A stretch of 64,000 nucleotides of DNA from Takakia lepidozioides (Eukaryota > Plantae > Bryophyta). Made by a program: the position numbers and the translations under genes. The stretch spans positions 24,552,001 through 24,616,000 of the forward strand of contig CM060733.1 in the NCBI GenBank assembly GCA_030704615.1, read 5' to 3'. Below the pieces are notes generated by a model. That model was not told the DNA's origin. It saw nothing but the letters and a program-made list of their open reading frames with translations, and searched no databases. Below are positions 12,801 to 26,729 of this stretch, in pieces (the stretch's first letter is position 1; each line of letters opens with the position of its first letter).

Positions 12801-13283
12801 ACCCAAGAGAACTCAGCTGCAGTCCAGCATGACGATACGATATACCTTCTTTTGAGCTATGAGAACATCAGTTGTATATTTCGACAGTTTCTGTCACCTC
12901 GCACTGTTGGAAAAATTCTTGAGACTTAACTTCCAATGTGAAGAAACGCAAACCCAGTCATTGTCCCTCTCCCCAATTTTCTGCTCTTTGTGGATTCTCG
13001 GATGCATGCTCCGAAGATGGGTTAGCGGCTGTCCCCATAACTACAAATTCTTACCCTAACTCTCTGCTTCGTGTCCTAAGGTGGAAGACAGCAGATGAAC
13101 GAAACTAGAAAAATCCATAAGCGCTCGGCATAACTTCACAAACTGCAAGAGTGCTTCTAGGGGAATCAGTAACACCATACACCACCACCAGCGAGGTCTA
13201 AAAGCAACAGGAGGTGCGAGATATACTTACGCGTTCTGATGCTTGGGCGCCCCCTTGCTCTGCCCACCTCGCCGTGTCGACAT
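9838..13283 (-). CDS. C9orf85/DUF2039 family Cys-rich protein with acidic tail (9 short exons)
   Basis: Spliced: MSTRRGGQSKGAPKHQNA-VVWKPNSGVKKNES-ELGGKFRPFSAITGVCPRCKQQIEWRRK-YGKYKALTEPAKC-HDCGKRAVRQAYHALCS-ECAKKRNVCAKCC..-NVEEEEQERKQLEE-ALKTMRERDRRTLLRN-MEGG...DSEDDLEVEDEEDEGDE...K*. PKHQN and the CxxC pairs match DUF2039. Confidence 0.88.
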
Positions 13284-13668
13284 ACTTCCTAGCAAAGTAT
13301 CAGCGAAACTGTCTGCAATTGCTTCCCCACCATGACGCCCTACAGAACCCAGCAAACAGAAACACCCACAACAGCCACTTTACAGAACTCTGATGGATTT
13401 CCCCCGCTCTTCCCTCTGCTTTTGAGGTCCCGGCTATTTAGGGACCTCAACATTCCCCAGGAAAAGCGGCAAGCGTCGAAAAAATCCCCTTCCCTTTTAG
13501 CAGAGAGAGAGGATTGAGCCTCACAAGGATAGATAGCTGCTTGAAGGATCTGTACGGTGCATGGAGGTGGAGCGTATGCAACATAATCAGCAGTAGAGGT
13601 GGTTTAGTGCATGAAAGGCCACTGTTTGTTTGTCTGCAGCCGGGAGTCCTGCGTGCAACCTTTGCACA
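13284..13668. promoter_or_regulatory. Short divergent (probably bidirectional) promoter and 5'UTR interval
   Basis: Only 385 bp separate the start codons of the head-to-head DUF2039 (-) and FMT (+) genes. Confidence 0.55.
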
Positions 13669-16600
13669 ATGTCTTGCTCTGCGCCCATCCTCCACAGCAC
13701 GCACAGATGGCTCAGCTCGCGTCTTTCCTGCCCAGCTCTTCACTCTCTGCATCTGGCCTATGCACCTCCAGCTCGGAGCACTTACTTTGCAGTGCGATCA
13801 TTGCAGTCGTCACCGCCCACCAAGAAGTCACTGGTGTTTCTCGGCACTCCCAATGTACAGTGCACCTCTGTCTTGTTAACCCGATTTCCCTTCTTGCGCC
13901 GCTCCCTTCGTTTGAAGCCAAGACACAAGTAGCTACAAGAAGGGAGCACATGTGAATCTTAGGACTACAGAATTCACATTTTGAGCCAGCGGTATGCTGC
14001 GTTTGGTGGGGTACCACATTGATTACGCTAGCGGACCTCTCCTTTAGTCTTGGGAAGGTGATTCTGGTACCTCAATTTCGCCTCTTGCAATTGAAATCAA
14101 CGGTATTACACAGGTAGCTGCAGACATGCTGGACGCCCTGCTGGATGCATCGCAGGTGGAAGGCTGCTTGTTTGAGGTGCTCTCTGATTTCTCTTCCTCC
14201 TTTTCATAACCTCTGGAATGGGGTTCTTCTGAATTGCGTGAACATGTGATTGCAAAGCTATCGACGGCGGTCTCTTGAGGAAAACTGGGGCGCACTTATG
14301 TAAGCCAATTTTCATAAGGTGTCAGAGAGATTGCAATGCAGGTAGCGGCTGTGGTCACACAGCCACCATCCATCAAGGGCCGAGGAAGGAAGCAGCTACC
14401 CTCACCTGTTGCTGAACGGGCTCTTGGTCGCAATTTCCCATCTTCTTTTATATTCACACCAGAGAAGGCATCAGAGGTCAGCTCCGTCCTGCTTAACTAT
14501 GGGTCCGCCCTCCGATGAGCTTTTTCTTGATCTTTTGGTGCTCTCAGGTTGATCTATGTGAACTCTCAATACATTTTCCTTACATCCAAGGATAACTCTC
14601 CAGCCATTCTACCCCTTGTATTTCCTACCTCCTTCCCTCAGTAGAATTTAGCCTGTGTTTCACAGTGTGAAGAGCAGGTGGAAGCATGAAGCATTAGTTG
14701 TTTGGTTTGTTCTGTCCATAATTCCTTATCATGATTGGTTGGTTTCCTTCCCTCAAAATTCTGACCGCAAGGCAACTAGATTAAGTGCTAGAAGCAAAGT
14801 TATTGTGTTGTTGATTCATGCAGGAAGGTTTTTTGGCAGATATGAAGGCACTAAATCCGGATGTTTGTGTGACCGCAGCGTATGGCAATTATCTTCCTTC
14901 CAAGTTCCTTGCCATACCTGGATGTGGTATGTCATTTCTTCTCACCGAGACTTCAATATGGGGTTGTATCAAGTTGCAACTTTACAAGGTCTGGTATGGT
15001 GTTGAATATATTGCATCTAACTTTGGATTTTGAGACTCCCTTCATCTCAGCAGTTCGCTGGTAGGCAGCAGAGGCCTGCCATGTAGAATGCAGTGGGGAA
15101 TGTGACCTGCTGCACCCCAGGGTAAGTTTTTCCAAGTCAGGCTACTTAGTACCAAAATTAAATTTACGCACTTGCCATATGCTCATTTTCTGGATTTATA
15201 TAACCTATCCTTGGCAGTTCTGGAGTCCAACCATATATGTAGTCAACATGAGCACTGGCATGTTGTAGGGATATTCGGATCACTGTTTTGAGATTTTTCA
15301 AAGCAATTGTCAGTGAGAAGATGAATGGGAGGACTTTTCAGCTTTAAACTTTCATGGTCTACAATATCCTCTATACATCTGGGGAGTATATTTTGTGACA
15401 TGTTTGTCTATATCCTGCTTCAGGCACGGTGAATGTACACCCCAGCTTGCTACCCTTATATCGCGGAGCTGCACCTGTGCAACGAGCCCTCCAGGTGAGA
15501 GGCTACTTAATGTTTAGCACAGGTCCAAGGTCGTTCTGTTGAAGGAGGTATTCATTTTATGGATAGACAATCTGGTGCCATATTTGACTTCCTGTTTGTG
15601 GATCTATGAATCATTCATTGTATGAATTTTGTGGGGCTGGTCGGTTGCAGGATGGGGTAAATGTGACAGGAGTGACAGTTGCATATACTGTGCGTGCCAT
15701 GGATTCAGGGCCTATCATTGCATCAGAAAGTGTGGATGTCAACCCTAGTATCAAGGTGTACATTTTTGATATATTTCCTGTGATTGGATGTTTAGCCAGT
15801 ATCTGCCAGAGAGCTTGGCTTGGAAAAAGAGTTCTGCCCATGCAGGTTTACTTTCCCAGCAAACAGAACTGACATAAGAGGATACAGAATATTTTCAGTA
15901 AGCAACAGGATGCAAGCAAAACTTGATCAGAAATTGGTGGGCCTAGAGGTAGACCTAGTTTGATGAGGTTCTGCTGGTTTGATACTTTTGTAGGCACCAG
16001 AGCTGTTGGCATTGCTGTTCAAGCAAGGTGACTAGCTTCCAGATTTCCCTTGTCTTGCTGTATTCTTTTAAAGTACCTTTCTATCAGTGTGAATGGAGAG
16101 TTTTGAGTGAACAGAGAGCATTCCTTTGCATTTCAGCAGTGATGACATCTTCCATATGACAGATCTTGCAAATGATTAAAAAGTTATGGCTGCAAAATAC
16201 TGGCTGATTCTGTTTGCAGTTTCATTAATGCTGGAAAATTCCATGACAGGGACAACACTTCTACTTAGAGAGCTGCCATCTATCTTGGATAGATCCGCAG
16301 CAGACAAGGCTAAAGAGCAATACTCCCTCTTAGCTTCTCTGGCACCCAAGGTTCACAAACTGCAACTTGTACTGCAACTTGTCTGTGTTTCTGTGTGTAC
16401 TTTCGGTGGACAAGGTTTTCTTGTGTTAAAAATTTCCCAGACTGGAACGTGGCATAGGATATATATGTATATGGCTCATGTGTCAACTGAAACAAAAGGA
16501 GGGCAAGATACAGAATTGCATCCTCGATTGTAGAGGGGTGGCATATCAATCATACCGATATCCAGCTGTCCAGCTAGAGGGTTACCACTGGTGGTGAGAA

Positions 16601-17214
16601 AGTCTCGTTCTGACCAACAAGTTTGGACACATTCAGGTAACCGTGGAGGAGTCGTGGCTGTCCTTCAAAGAGCCTGCATTGCAGTTACATAACAAGGTTG
16701 GCTAAAGTCTTACCTGACCTTGGTCTGTTATGTCCCAAATCTTGTTTGGGGGCTTTGTTTCAATCTATAGGTAATGGTGAAATTAAGCTGGCAACTGAGA
16801 CCATGTGAGGTGGTGGTACATTTCAGCCAGTTCCTTGTGATGATGCAATTATCATTTCCTGGTTTATGCCCTTCAGCATGCATGTGTTTCAACAAGTGTG
16901 TACAGGTGCGTGCATTTGCAGAGTGGCCAGGAGCAAAGTGCCGGTTTTACCTTTGCAACTCAAATGGGCAAAGTCAGAGTATTGAGCTCAAATTGGTGAC
17001 AACGAGAGTCATGCCTGAGGCAATGAACTGTGATGGTGCTGTAAGTCTGGTGGGCAATGCTTTGGCTGTTCCATGTGGTGATAGCACTACCTTGCTCATT
17101 CAAGAGTTGCAGCCACCAGGGAAGAAGGTGATGGGTGCCAAGGATTTCTGGAATGGACTACGGGGCCAACAAGTATTATTGGAAGATGTGGTTGAGATCG
17201 TTCACTCAAATTAG
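13669..17214 (+). CDS. FMT: Methionyl-tRNA formyltransferase, organelle-targeted (10 exons)
   Basis: Ser/Arg-rich transit peptide, then LVFLGTP, VAAVVTQPP..KGRGRK, CVTAAYGNYLP, catalytic GTVNVHPSLLPLYRGAAPVQRAL (exon 15424-15494), TGVTVAYTVRAMDSGPII, LHNKVRAFAEWPG and ELQPPGKKVMGAKDFWNGLRG. Confidence 0.95.
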
Positions 17215-17642
17215 ACCAAATTAAATTTTGAATGGGCTCTCATTGTTTAATTGTCTGCTTCTGAAGGCAAATCACCTTTGGATCGTCTCACTGGATCACT
17301 TCCTGAGTGCTGGCTGTGAGCAGCTGAGTTGTAGTCGTCATTATTTCTTAATTATACATTCTAGACTATGATGGCTTCCTTGGTGGTCTACCAAACCAAT
17401 GTTCTTTAGAAAATGTGGAACTACATCATCATAGCCTATCATTTGGGGTTGTCACCTTTTGGTTGTTTTTGCAAAATGAATTTGTGGAAGGTTTCCCAAA
17501 GGTTTTCCTTTATCAGCAGAACCTTCTCTCAAATAAGAGCATTTCCATTTAGCTCATTACAGTAACCATGGCATGTATACTCAATGTGCAAGCAACTGGA
17601 AGTATCCAAGCAGGCTACACAATTCACCCGATGCCTAGCAGA

Positions 17643-20600
17643 TCACATGAGATTGTCAGGAGGTCGAAGCTCTGCAGGCAGAGCTTCACCCAAATCACTC
17701 TGCAGCATTGGCCGCCTGCCTGTCTCTCGCAAGATTCCCTCAGCAATATGCTGTTTGCTTGGTGTCAGCATCACGTAGTTGGGATCTGCCCTCTCATAAC
17801 TGAATGCCATCCAATCATGCCCCACATCCCTGCCATTAATACTACTCTCAAAAGTGGTGAATGGCTATGGATATTCTACTTGCTGTACCAAGGTTATATC
17901 ATCATACTTGAAGAAAACAACCCAAGTTGTCAACACACCCATACTACAAAGAGAACACAGTGGGATAGGTATATGTAAAGAATGCATACAACCTGTTCAT
18001 AATCCTTAAACACTTCAAATACGTACCTAACCCCTCCAAAATTTTCAACACGGATACCGAAACCAAGATTTGTCTTCCGTTCTGCATGCTTCCTCATAGC
18101 TGCAGATAGTCAATCACCCACAACTGATTAGGTCTCTCGTCACTGATTGTTCCCTGGTTAAAGGTCAACAGGAAACACTAGATCAGCACAACCCGACACC
18201 AACGTAGCATCTGTTCAGCTTCTTTAGAAAAAAACCACTTACACGGATGCCCAGTTCTCACACAGATCAGTCTTGCACTGCAACTGCATTGCCTATGATC
18301 ATCCGCATGCACATGGAAATGAAAGGGGTATGGACAATCAGATTAGAGTGCAGGGGGGTTTGGACCTGCAAGGGACAGGGTGAAAGATGGCTGCCACCAC
18401 GACTTCAATGTCATCACCAACCCTGAGCTTTCAGAGCCCAGTTTTGCCTGCAAGAGACACCCTCACATTGTGAAAAGAGACAGTCAGTACAAACAGTCAC
18501 TGTGCCAAACACAGAATTGATCTGACTGCTCACAATTTACTACTGTATAGTTGGTGCAGGCAATGTGTCTGGCATGATCATCTAGGAAGCACAGAAGGGG
18601 TGCGCACCTTGAACAGAACATTTTTGTTGGCCTGCCATGCTCCAGCTACTTGCATCCTGGGAGGCGGTGGAACACCTGTGGTTTTTCCAGGAATCCTGTA
18701 TTTAGCACCAAGTTTGTTGCATTAAGTGAGTTTCAATGTACAAAAACCTTATTCTCACACAATCATCAGAAGACGTACCATCTCTGCATTCAGCATCACC
18801 AAGGCATCATTCAAGGCAGCAAATGGCTGCATGGATATAGGTGCCCAAACTTGGCCCTTCAGATCTTCCCTTGCATATCCACGGGGAATACGTTAACTAA
18901 ATCTTCATTGTATACGACAAATTCTTGTCATAACTTGTCAGAGGAAGTGTGCTTTTGTGTTGTCCAGCTCTGCACTTACATGGGATTTCTACTTAGAAAA
19001 CGGCCATTTACAAACTTGTCAACAGAAGTGGTCAAGAATATACCAGTGCTCAAATTCGAAACCGAGATCCACATAGTTGGTGATAGCAACCACCTCCTCA
19101 AGCTCAAAAGGATTTTTCACCTGCATGTTCAAAGGCCCCTTTCCAATTCAAATCCCAGATGTAGCATGCAAGGGACCCTCCCCCGTTTGCTACCACGCCC
19201 CCTTATTCCCGTGTCTCTACTGCCCTGCTCACTAAACTCTGATTCGAAATTAAATAGATCAGTTGGGTAAACTTGCCAACCAGGCGATAACTCAACCAGT
19301 GCACAGATCTGTGTCCTGGAAGTGACCGTATAACCACTTCATTTTTGTAACAACCTTCAGAGGAGGACCATGAGAATTCAGAAGACTGTTGGGCATAAAT
19401 ACTACTCGAGTAATATGTAGATTATCACAGGTAGCCCCAACTAATCAAGGTCTCTCTCACAAAACAACTATAATGTAGTGGCAATGACAACAACGATAAT
19501 AAACACAACATGTGCGACGGCTGGGTGGAGAATGACAAACATCTGAACCATGACAGTAGACAGTTGCACACCTTGAGTATGACTTAACTTCAAGTTGCCC
19601 ATACCTTGAAATCTTTATATCAGAACCACAGTTAATTACAAAAAATGGATAATTGCAAAGAGGGAACACAGCCCCCATCTATCACACAATTAAGGAGGTG
19701 AGAACAAAGAAATTACCCTTCTCTGAACTACCATATGATGGTAGTAGGATGCCACAAGCTGGTCCAGCACAACCCAGTGCAATGCACCACATAGTTATAA
19801 CGAGCACATCTAGACCCTCTCTCCATCTGAGATAGCAAATCTCAACTTCTGTAATTTCCTGAGAAATGCAAGCTCTTTGACGATACATGGCCAACCTAAT
19901 GACCTATTTCTAATATAGTCTTCTAAGCTGCCATTTGTCAGATCTTAAACATTCAAAGTGATGCCTGACATAGCCTTCTGGACCTGACACCTGCTTTTAC
20001 GCAGCAGAAAAGCGCTACCAGTACAGAGAAGAAAGAACAAAAGATATTAACTATGCACACTCGAGGCCCGAGAAACAGAGCCGATGAACTGCAGCTCAGC
20101 TACAAAACTTGTTTTCCCGCAACTGTCATTAAGCTGCTCGCAGAGGCACTTGTGTGCGCATGCAAACTCGACAGCCCAGTTGCAGGGTTATTTATTTTAG
20201 TTTTATAGCCATGTGTTTACACAGAAATGGCATGCCATGCCTGAGACAGACACAGAGAAAGAAAGAAACTGTATAACGCCCACAGGGTCCCCCCGGGGAC
20301 AGGGAGAGACCTTAGAATTGTTGCAGACTTCCACACAAAAGTTGAAGGATGGATCCAAGGGACCCTTGCCTCCCACACCGTAGTCCACAGCATAACTCCA
20401 ATCAGCTGCTCTATTGCTTTGCTGTTCTTTCATCACTCCATTGCACACCCATTCTCCCCTTTCAGTTTCAAAATCTAGCATGGCCCAAGAGGTCAAGCAA
20501 CAAACACCGACATACACTGAGCAGTCTGCTGACAGTTGCTACCAAACATGGCTCATGTTACTCACCTACAGGCTTGAATTGGAAACCCGCTGTGATAGGT

Positions 20601-23507
20601 CCTGCTCTACCAACCATCCACGCGCTCAAGGGAATGACTGTCCCTGTCTCTGTGCCTGTCCCCAGCTACCCCATTTGTCACCTCCCGTTCCTAAGTGAAG
20701 AATATTCAACCCTGAGCAACATTGTCACAATAACCTCACCTCTGCACTAAACAAAGAAATCTCTTCTATTTCACTACAATCTTACAGGGCTTAAGCACTG
20801 CCAAAGTCTACAATGTGGCAACACCAGATCCAATCAATTTGGAGCTCTGACCATGGGACGCCAACTTCAATTGGGCCCTATACATCTAAACATTTATCAA
20901 GGTGAGTGGAAAGCTAGGAAATACTGTGCCGACAGTCTGTTAAGGGTTCCAGTATACGAACATTGATTAACCCTCATCTTGAAGGATAACAAGCAAAATT
21001 CTGCAAGAGTAACGTACAGCGATAAGGAGACATGGTGGTGCCCACGGTAAAATTACTGGATGCATAACGAGCTCCCAGTATGCAATCCTCTGCACCCTTG
21101 GCCCTGCAGTTCCTCCACAATTTAGCAAAATACCAACACAAACTACATGCCTGTCCCTCCCAAAGAAGTCATAACCCTAGTTGCGAGCAGTTTTTGTGTT
21201 CTGTCCTTCAAAAGAGCACCACAAAAGGAAATAACACCATTTTCCTTCAAGTTATATGGGCCACATTCTCTGAAACTCTGTAGGACCATGCCAGAAATCA
21301 CTATGAATCTGTAAAGCAATGAGGACCTGCAGTCTCAACATCCATGGGTTTACCCCAGGTGCTTACTGGAGGGAACATAACAAAGTCAATGGGTACTTCA
21401 GTGACAGTGACAACAACATTAGCGGTAGCTGACCGTTTGTTGGGTAAGAGAGGTAGTACTGTAAAAACTCCAAGCCCGCTTCTGGGATCGTACGTACATG
21501 CTCGCAACTTCAATGGACTGCAGCCAGATATGCTTCAGTAACCAACTCAAGCTGCACAAACTAACAGCATTGTCTTCTTTCTTTTGCACACGTCTGCCTG
21601 AACATGAACCTATTAAAAATGTCATTGAGACACCTGCAGCATCCAGCACCTTTATCACATGCTAATGTACAGATACAATATCTGACATTGTGCCAACACT
21701 CTTATCCCCCATGAGATCAACAAAATAAATACTAAGCCCTGCTCATCAACGAACGGGATAAGAAGGCACTGTACATGTCATAGCTAGATATACTTATGTC
21801 CATGAAGGTGTTTGGATCCAGCACGTCACTGCCATGCCACCAGCCAGTTTTATCGTAAGGCACACTGTACAATCCACCACAGCACAAATCTACCATAACA
21901 TGCTCCCACAAGGAAGTCTCTTACTGCTCTGAACAACATGTGAACACAAGAGTTCAATGAAAGTACCATCATGAAAGCTGTATGCAGTAATCAGAGAGGG
22001 GATGATGTGTAGTGCTGCTTGCCACTGATAACAACCATCCTTTTTCATTCTTGTAAGGGTACTTGGCTTCTAACCAGACCTACTTCAGTAGCCACACCAA
22101 TGCAAGCAGCACTACACATCCAAGCTATTATGCAGAGATATCTAAGTAAAACCATTAACCTTGACACCAAAGAAGGTCAACCTGGATCCACAAGGTCCTA
22201 GTACCAAACCGACATGCTCCAAAAAGAAGACTGAGTTTAGTACCAGAGACCAGACAGCCTAGACATCAGGATACACCTCCCAATATGCTGTTCCAGCCAA
22301 ATCACTCGAAAGATTGACAGATCTGCTTGATGAATGTTGCAAAATTGCATCCACACGATTTTATGCAGAAAAAGAAGACACCCTCCCTCACCTCTTCTCC
22401 CTTCCTAAGGAAATTCTGCAGGAAGTTGAGGCAAGTTTTCCAGGAAGTCCATTCTTCTCTTCTGAATGTGTCATTGAGGGTGCTCATAGTATCTCACATT
22501 AGAACAGATACCCTCCAAGGCAGAGACCCCAAGGCTTCCATATGCCTAGGGTTTCTGCTTCAGGGAAAGGAAAGAGGTTTAGCACTTGTTTCCTCACATC
22601 TCATCAGCCAAAGGTGATGAAACTCACCGTTGCCACCGGAACACAGCCTCTCCGCTAAACCCTTCCCCTGCTTGTTCCTCGCAAGGAACTCGCACCTACA
22701 CAGTCAGACGGCCAGAGTCTCTCACTCATGCAATTGTGCGAGACCATTCTATGGCGCTTTCAATGATTGCAAGCTCTGATATGCTCGACACTAAAAACAG
22801 GATGAAACAACAGGTTGAACAATAGGGTCGCGGGAAAGGGGACAGACAGAAGCTGTGACATCCACGCGCGGATCGTCGGCGGGTTGGAGCATGAGGCTTG
22901 CTAGTACTCGCTCAGCTTCAGCAAAGTAACCATCAAACAGACGCGCACGTGCCATCTTGCTGAATAGCAGGTCGTAGGAGGACTCTGCCATCCTGCAATC
23001 ACCATCTCATATACAATCGTGCAATTGCGTTACTCCAAACAACCCATGAAGCCGACATTCTTTGTGTTTTCTCTAACAATTCAAACCGTTCTCCAGAGGT
23101 GTCCCCGTTCAATCTTCACATTGAATTTTGCATATCTGCCAAGAATCTGCTGATGACGTGCAGGACCCCCCAATCAATTAACGATATGTGTGCAAAACTG
23201 GGTTCATTAGAGAATACAGCCTCACTGAAAGGCAAGGACTTGTCTTCGCTAATAAATAGCTTCCCTCATCAGCTTAGCTACATTTCCAAGATTACCCGCA
23301 GCAAACGAACCTGCATTCACTGAATTAAAAAGGATCAACTAAGGTGTACTGGTGGGAATAGTCGATAGATTGCCACAAGAAATCTTCAGTATAGTGTAGA
23401 GAAGCAATCAGAAGTCACCTGGAGCGAGTTGCAAAATGTGGGCGCTCGAACAGGGGAGGGACCAGCACCACAGGCGGTGGAGCCTCCTTCTGAAACCAGT
23501 TGCCCAT
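17643..23507 (-). CDS. OM47-like (At3g27930-type) outer mitochondrial membrane beta-barrel protein, multi-exon
   Basis: Spliced: MGNWFQKEAPPPVVLVPPLFERP..RMAESSYDLLFSK..QPADDPRVDV..AVFRWQR-DVLDPNTFMDI..-DWSYAVDYGVGGKGPLDPSFNFCVE-LVASYYHHMVVQRR-VKNPFELEEVVAITNYVDLGFE..WQANKNVLFK-AKLG..KSWWQPSFT..GFGIRVEN..-YERADPNYVMLTPSKQHIAEG..LPAELRP. Colinear with the recalled At3g27930. One short linker exon near 18.8-19.0 kb was not resolved. Confidence 0.88.
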
Positions 23508-23790
23508 GCCTGCTGTCTTGTTCACAAAGAACAAGTCTCTCCTCTTCTACCTGTAGACAAGTATTAGCTGGACATTCACAACGCCCCACACATTATCGCA
23601 GACCCCAAAGAACTTCTGATGAAAAGAAGAGCATCACTCCCAGGACCCAGACATCTGAGGAAGGAAACAACATCACCTTCCCCCTACAAAAGCTCCCGAG
23701 ACATCACAAGCCTGCTCTTCTTGTCATCTTCAGATTCATACATGTATTTCTCATAAGTTGTTCACTACCATAGATATAAACTGAGAGAGG

Positions 23791-24056
23791 TGTTATGAGT
23801 TTTCAACAAAAGAGAGGAGTGACACCGGGGAAGGCACAAGAGGGGCTTAGCAATTTTTGAGTAGTCTCCTCTTTAGAATAAATCGGAGCCAACAATAAGA
23901 TGCTCTAGCTAGCTTGAGATAAGCTGGGCCATAACCAAGTTCTAGCTAGATTAAGATAAGAGTACATCTTAAACACATAACCAATCATAGGATCAGAAGG
24001 TAATCATAAGGAAATACCAGCATGATTAGAAGTTAATACATTAATACCCTACAACA
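23791..24056. mobile_element. Possible solo LTR (266 bp)
   Basis: Starts TGTT and ends AACA, with LTR-like composition. Flanks agagg/agtgt are not a clean TSD. Confidence 0.3.
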
Positions 24057-25461
24057 AGTGTTTCTAGAATTGAGATGGAGGTTGTCTTTTCAGAGACAAG
24101 ATTGCCTATGTGCTACTTGTACCTGCATCACATGTTTTGCAAGTATATGGTATTGAGATTCTACCTTCCAACTGCTCATGTAAAAGACTCCATGGTTGCT
24201 ATCTTAGTGTAGCACTTTGTAAATGTTTACGTGCTTAATTCATGCCTCCCTCTAACTGTTAAAGCGTTAAGCTTGTCTAAATGTTATTTTTTCCCCCTAC
24301 TCCGGAGGGTTAACATTTATCCAGGGTGGAGTGTATGGTGCACCCCAATCCATGCCTAGGAAGCTGCTTTTATTTAAGCTGGCTTCCGCCCGAGCCTACA
24401 GTGCTGAATGCACCTTGGAGGGCCCAATGGACAATCCAAGGATGGATCCCATGTCACCCACCTTGGTTAACCCTCAAGTTCCCAAGCCCTTTTTTGACTT
24501 TTTACCAATTTTGAGTACCCAGCTGCAGTAAATTACCCCTAGAAACCTACCAAAAATCATCCAGAGATTCCAGCCTTATAGCAATGGGCCCAGCTCATTT
24601 ATGCATGACATACCAAAAAATGAGCCAAGTCCACTGTGGAAATTGTGAGATTATAGCGTTGGCCCGGACCTCAAATATCAGGTCCCAAAGAAAAAGTGAG
24701 AAAAAATAGGTTTGACCAAATCAAAACCTAGCTTTATCCAATTTTGCTTGCCCCAAGACCCACCATTTCCAAATCAATAGTGGAGTGGCTATGACCCCAC
24801 TAAATTGCAGGTCCAACTGATTTTTTCACCTATGCTTGCTATGCATGCAATTACATGGGGGTTGAAATCTCAAAATTGACAATAGAAAATGTGCCTCCAA
24901 ATGAAGTACTTTTTTTTCTACAAATTTTTTAAAAGCTAACGGTGGATGTGTGTATGTAATGCTCACACACCACAAGGTGAAGCGCTTTTTCCAAAATTGC
25001 TAATTTTCTGCCAAAAATGGCCTTTGGAGTGCAATCTGTTTTGGGCCTGTTTATCTGCCACGTCAGCGGTCAACAAGCCCTTTTCAGGCCCCGAAACGTA
25101 AATGAGAGATCTAAGATATTTTTTGTAGGTAGTAGCTTTTGTTTTTTGCATCATACTCGAGACAAATCCCTTGTCATTAAAGCTTCAGGAGTGGGTCCCA
25201 TCAGATTAGATCTGCAAAAATTAGGTCCAACTGACCCCATTCAGGTCACATGCCACCAAACAAGTGAAAAAATGTTTTCCTACACATTTAAAAAAAAGAA
25301 AAGACCTTCTCACTTGATTGCTTCTCCTACATTTTTTGGGTTTGCAATTTTTTCCCCTTTGCCCCCAAGAAAAAAATAAGAAAATAAAAATTGCTTGCAT
25401 GAGCTTTCAGGTCGGATCTTCAGAGAACATGTAAGATAGTAAAACATGAGCTGGGAGACAG

Positions 25462-25525
25462 ATTATGGATGAAAGTAGATTTCATTATTCACAAAGAGGA
25501 GCCATATGCGACTAGCCGCTTGTTA
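25462..25525. repeat. Dispersed repeat, copy 1 (copy 2 at ~50218-50282)
   Basis: attatggatgaaa.tagat.tca.tattcacaaagaggagc.atatg.ga.tagccgcttgtta is present at both sites. Confidence 0.8.
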
Positions 25526-25650
25526 AGGTTGAATCAATGAAGAAGAGAGTAATTCGTTAACAAAACACTTAACATTTGCACAAGTTTTGAGTTACTAAAC
25601 AATTAATATTATTTATTAAAAATATAAAATTTGATGTCAATAATGTTTCA

Positions 25651-26729
25651 AAACCAAATTTGATGGGATGCAAAGCAAAATGGGAGTCAAGATGGGTGTA
25701 CTTGGGATTTAGAGATGAGAACTGGTAGCAATCTGGGGTTCTGTGTGGCTAAAGTCCAGGCCCGCCAAAATCGCAGCGTTCCTCTGGCAAGTTGCTAACA
25801 GGGTGCTCAAGGTGGGCGAATGGTTACAATTTCAAGACGCCCTCCTCTGCTCCTGCTGCTCATCAGGAATCATGGAAAGCCTCGAACATTGTCTCATCTC
25901 ATGCCAAGCCCCAACCATCATTTGGCCATTTATCAAAAACTTTTATTCTTGTTGGAGCTTCATTCCTCTCTCTCCCACAATCCTGCTTCTAAACTATGAT
26001 GTAATAACAAAAAGGAAAGCTGTTCATTGCCATGTTTTCAAAACACTTAGAGGCAGCACACTTTGGCATCTTTGGAAAGCAAGATGCTCCAGAACTTTCT
26101 CTGGTCAAACTTCTACTGTGTCAGCTCTTCTCACATCTGTTTTCTATGACCTTGGGACAGAATCCAGGAAGGCTTGGGCCTGCAGCAGCGCAAATCCAAA
26201 CACTTGTATCTGGCCAGACTTGCCCCCACCCAACTGGAGAGGAATTCGCACAACACTCCACCGCGTCGCCTGAGTTCGATCGAGAAATAAATTGGAAACA
26301 CCTTAAGGGCTCTTCTAAAGCTTCCCGTCTTCAGTTTAGGCAGGTGTAATTGCATTAGCAATCCCTAGGCAGTGCACTAACTCACTCTGGTGCCATTACT
26401 CTCTGCATTCATGTGTGGACTTCCGGTTTCTGCTTCTTCCTCTGAGGTAGTAACATAGATCCTGGGGTTCTCGTTTCTGGTTACCATGGTTAACACTTCC
26501 CTCTTTGAGGAGACAAGTTCGGGGCCGCTTTGGCTCAAGTTTACCTCAATGAGGGTGTTCTAATTTCACTGATCACGGTGTCTGTGCCTTATGGTGAAAT
26601 TAGGGGTTTAAAAATTTTCCCCGAATAATCCCAAATAAATTGTAATGGCCTTTCAGCCAACCAAAAATATAATAAAATAATCAGGGCTACAATCCCTTTT
26701 ATCAAAAAAAATAAAAATAAAATAAAAAT
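25651..26729 (+). mobile_element. 5'-truncated L1-type LINE: zf-RVT region, 3'UTR and A-rich tail
   Basis: PAKIAAFLWQVANRVLKVGEWL...CSCC..MESLEHCLISC...IW...LWHLWKARCSRTF is the zf-RVT signature. In-frame stop just upstream. Ends in ttttatcaaaaaaaataaaaataaaataaaaat. Confidence 0.85.

Noticed and set aside
18650-19270. 206-aa plus-strand ORF
   Set aside because: Antisense to OM47-like exons and introns, with no recognisable motif.
24290-25430. Region with recurrent aggtcc(a/c)a motifs, possibly DNA transposon subtermini
   Set aside because: Ends and TSD could not be defined.
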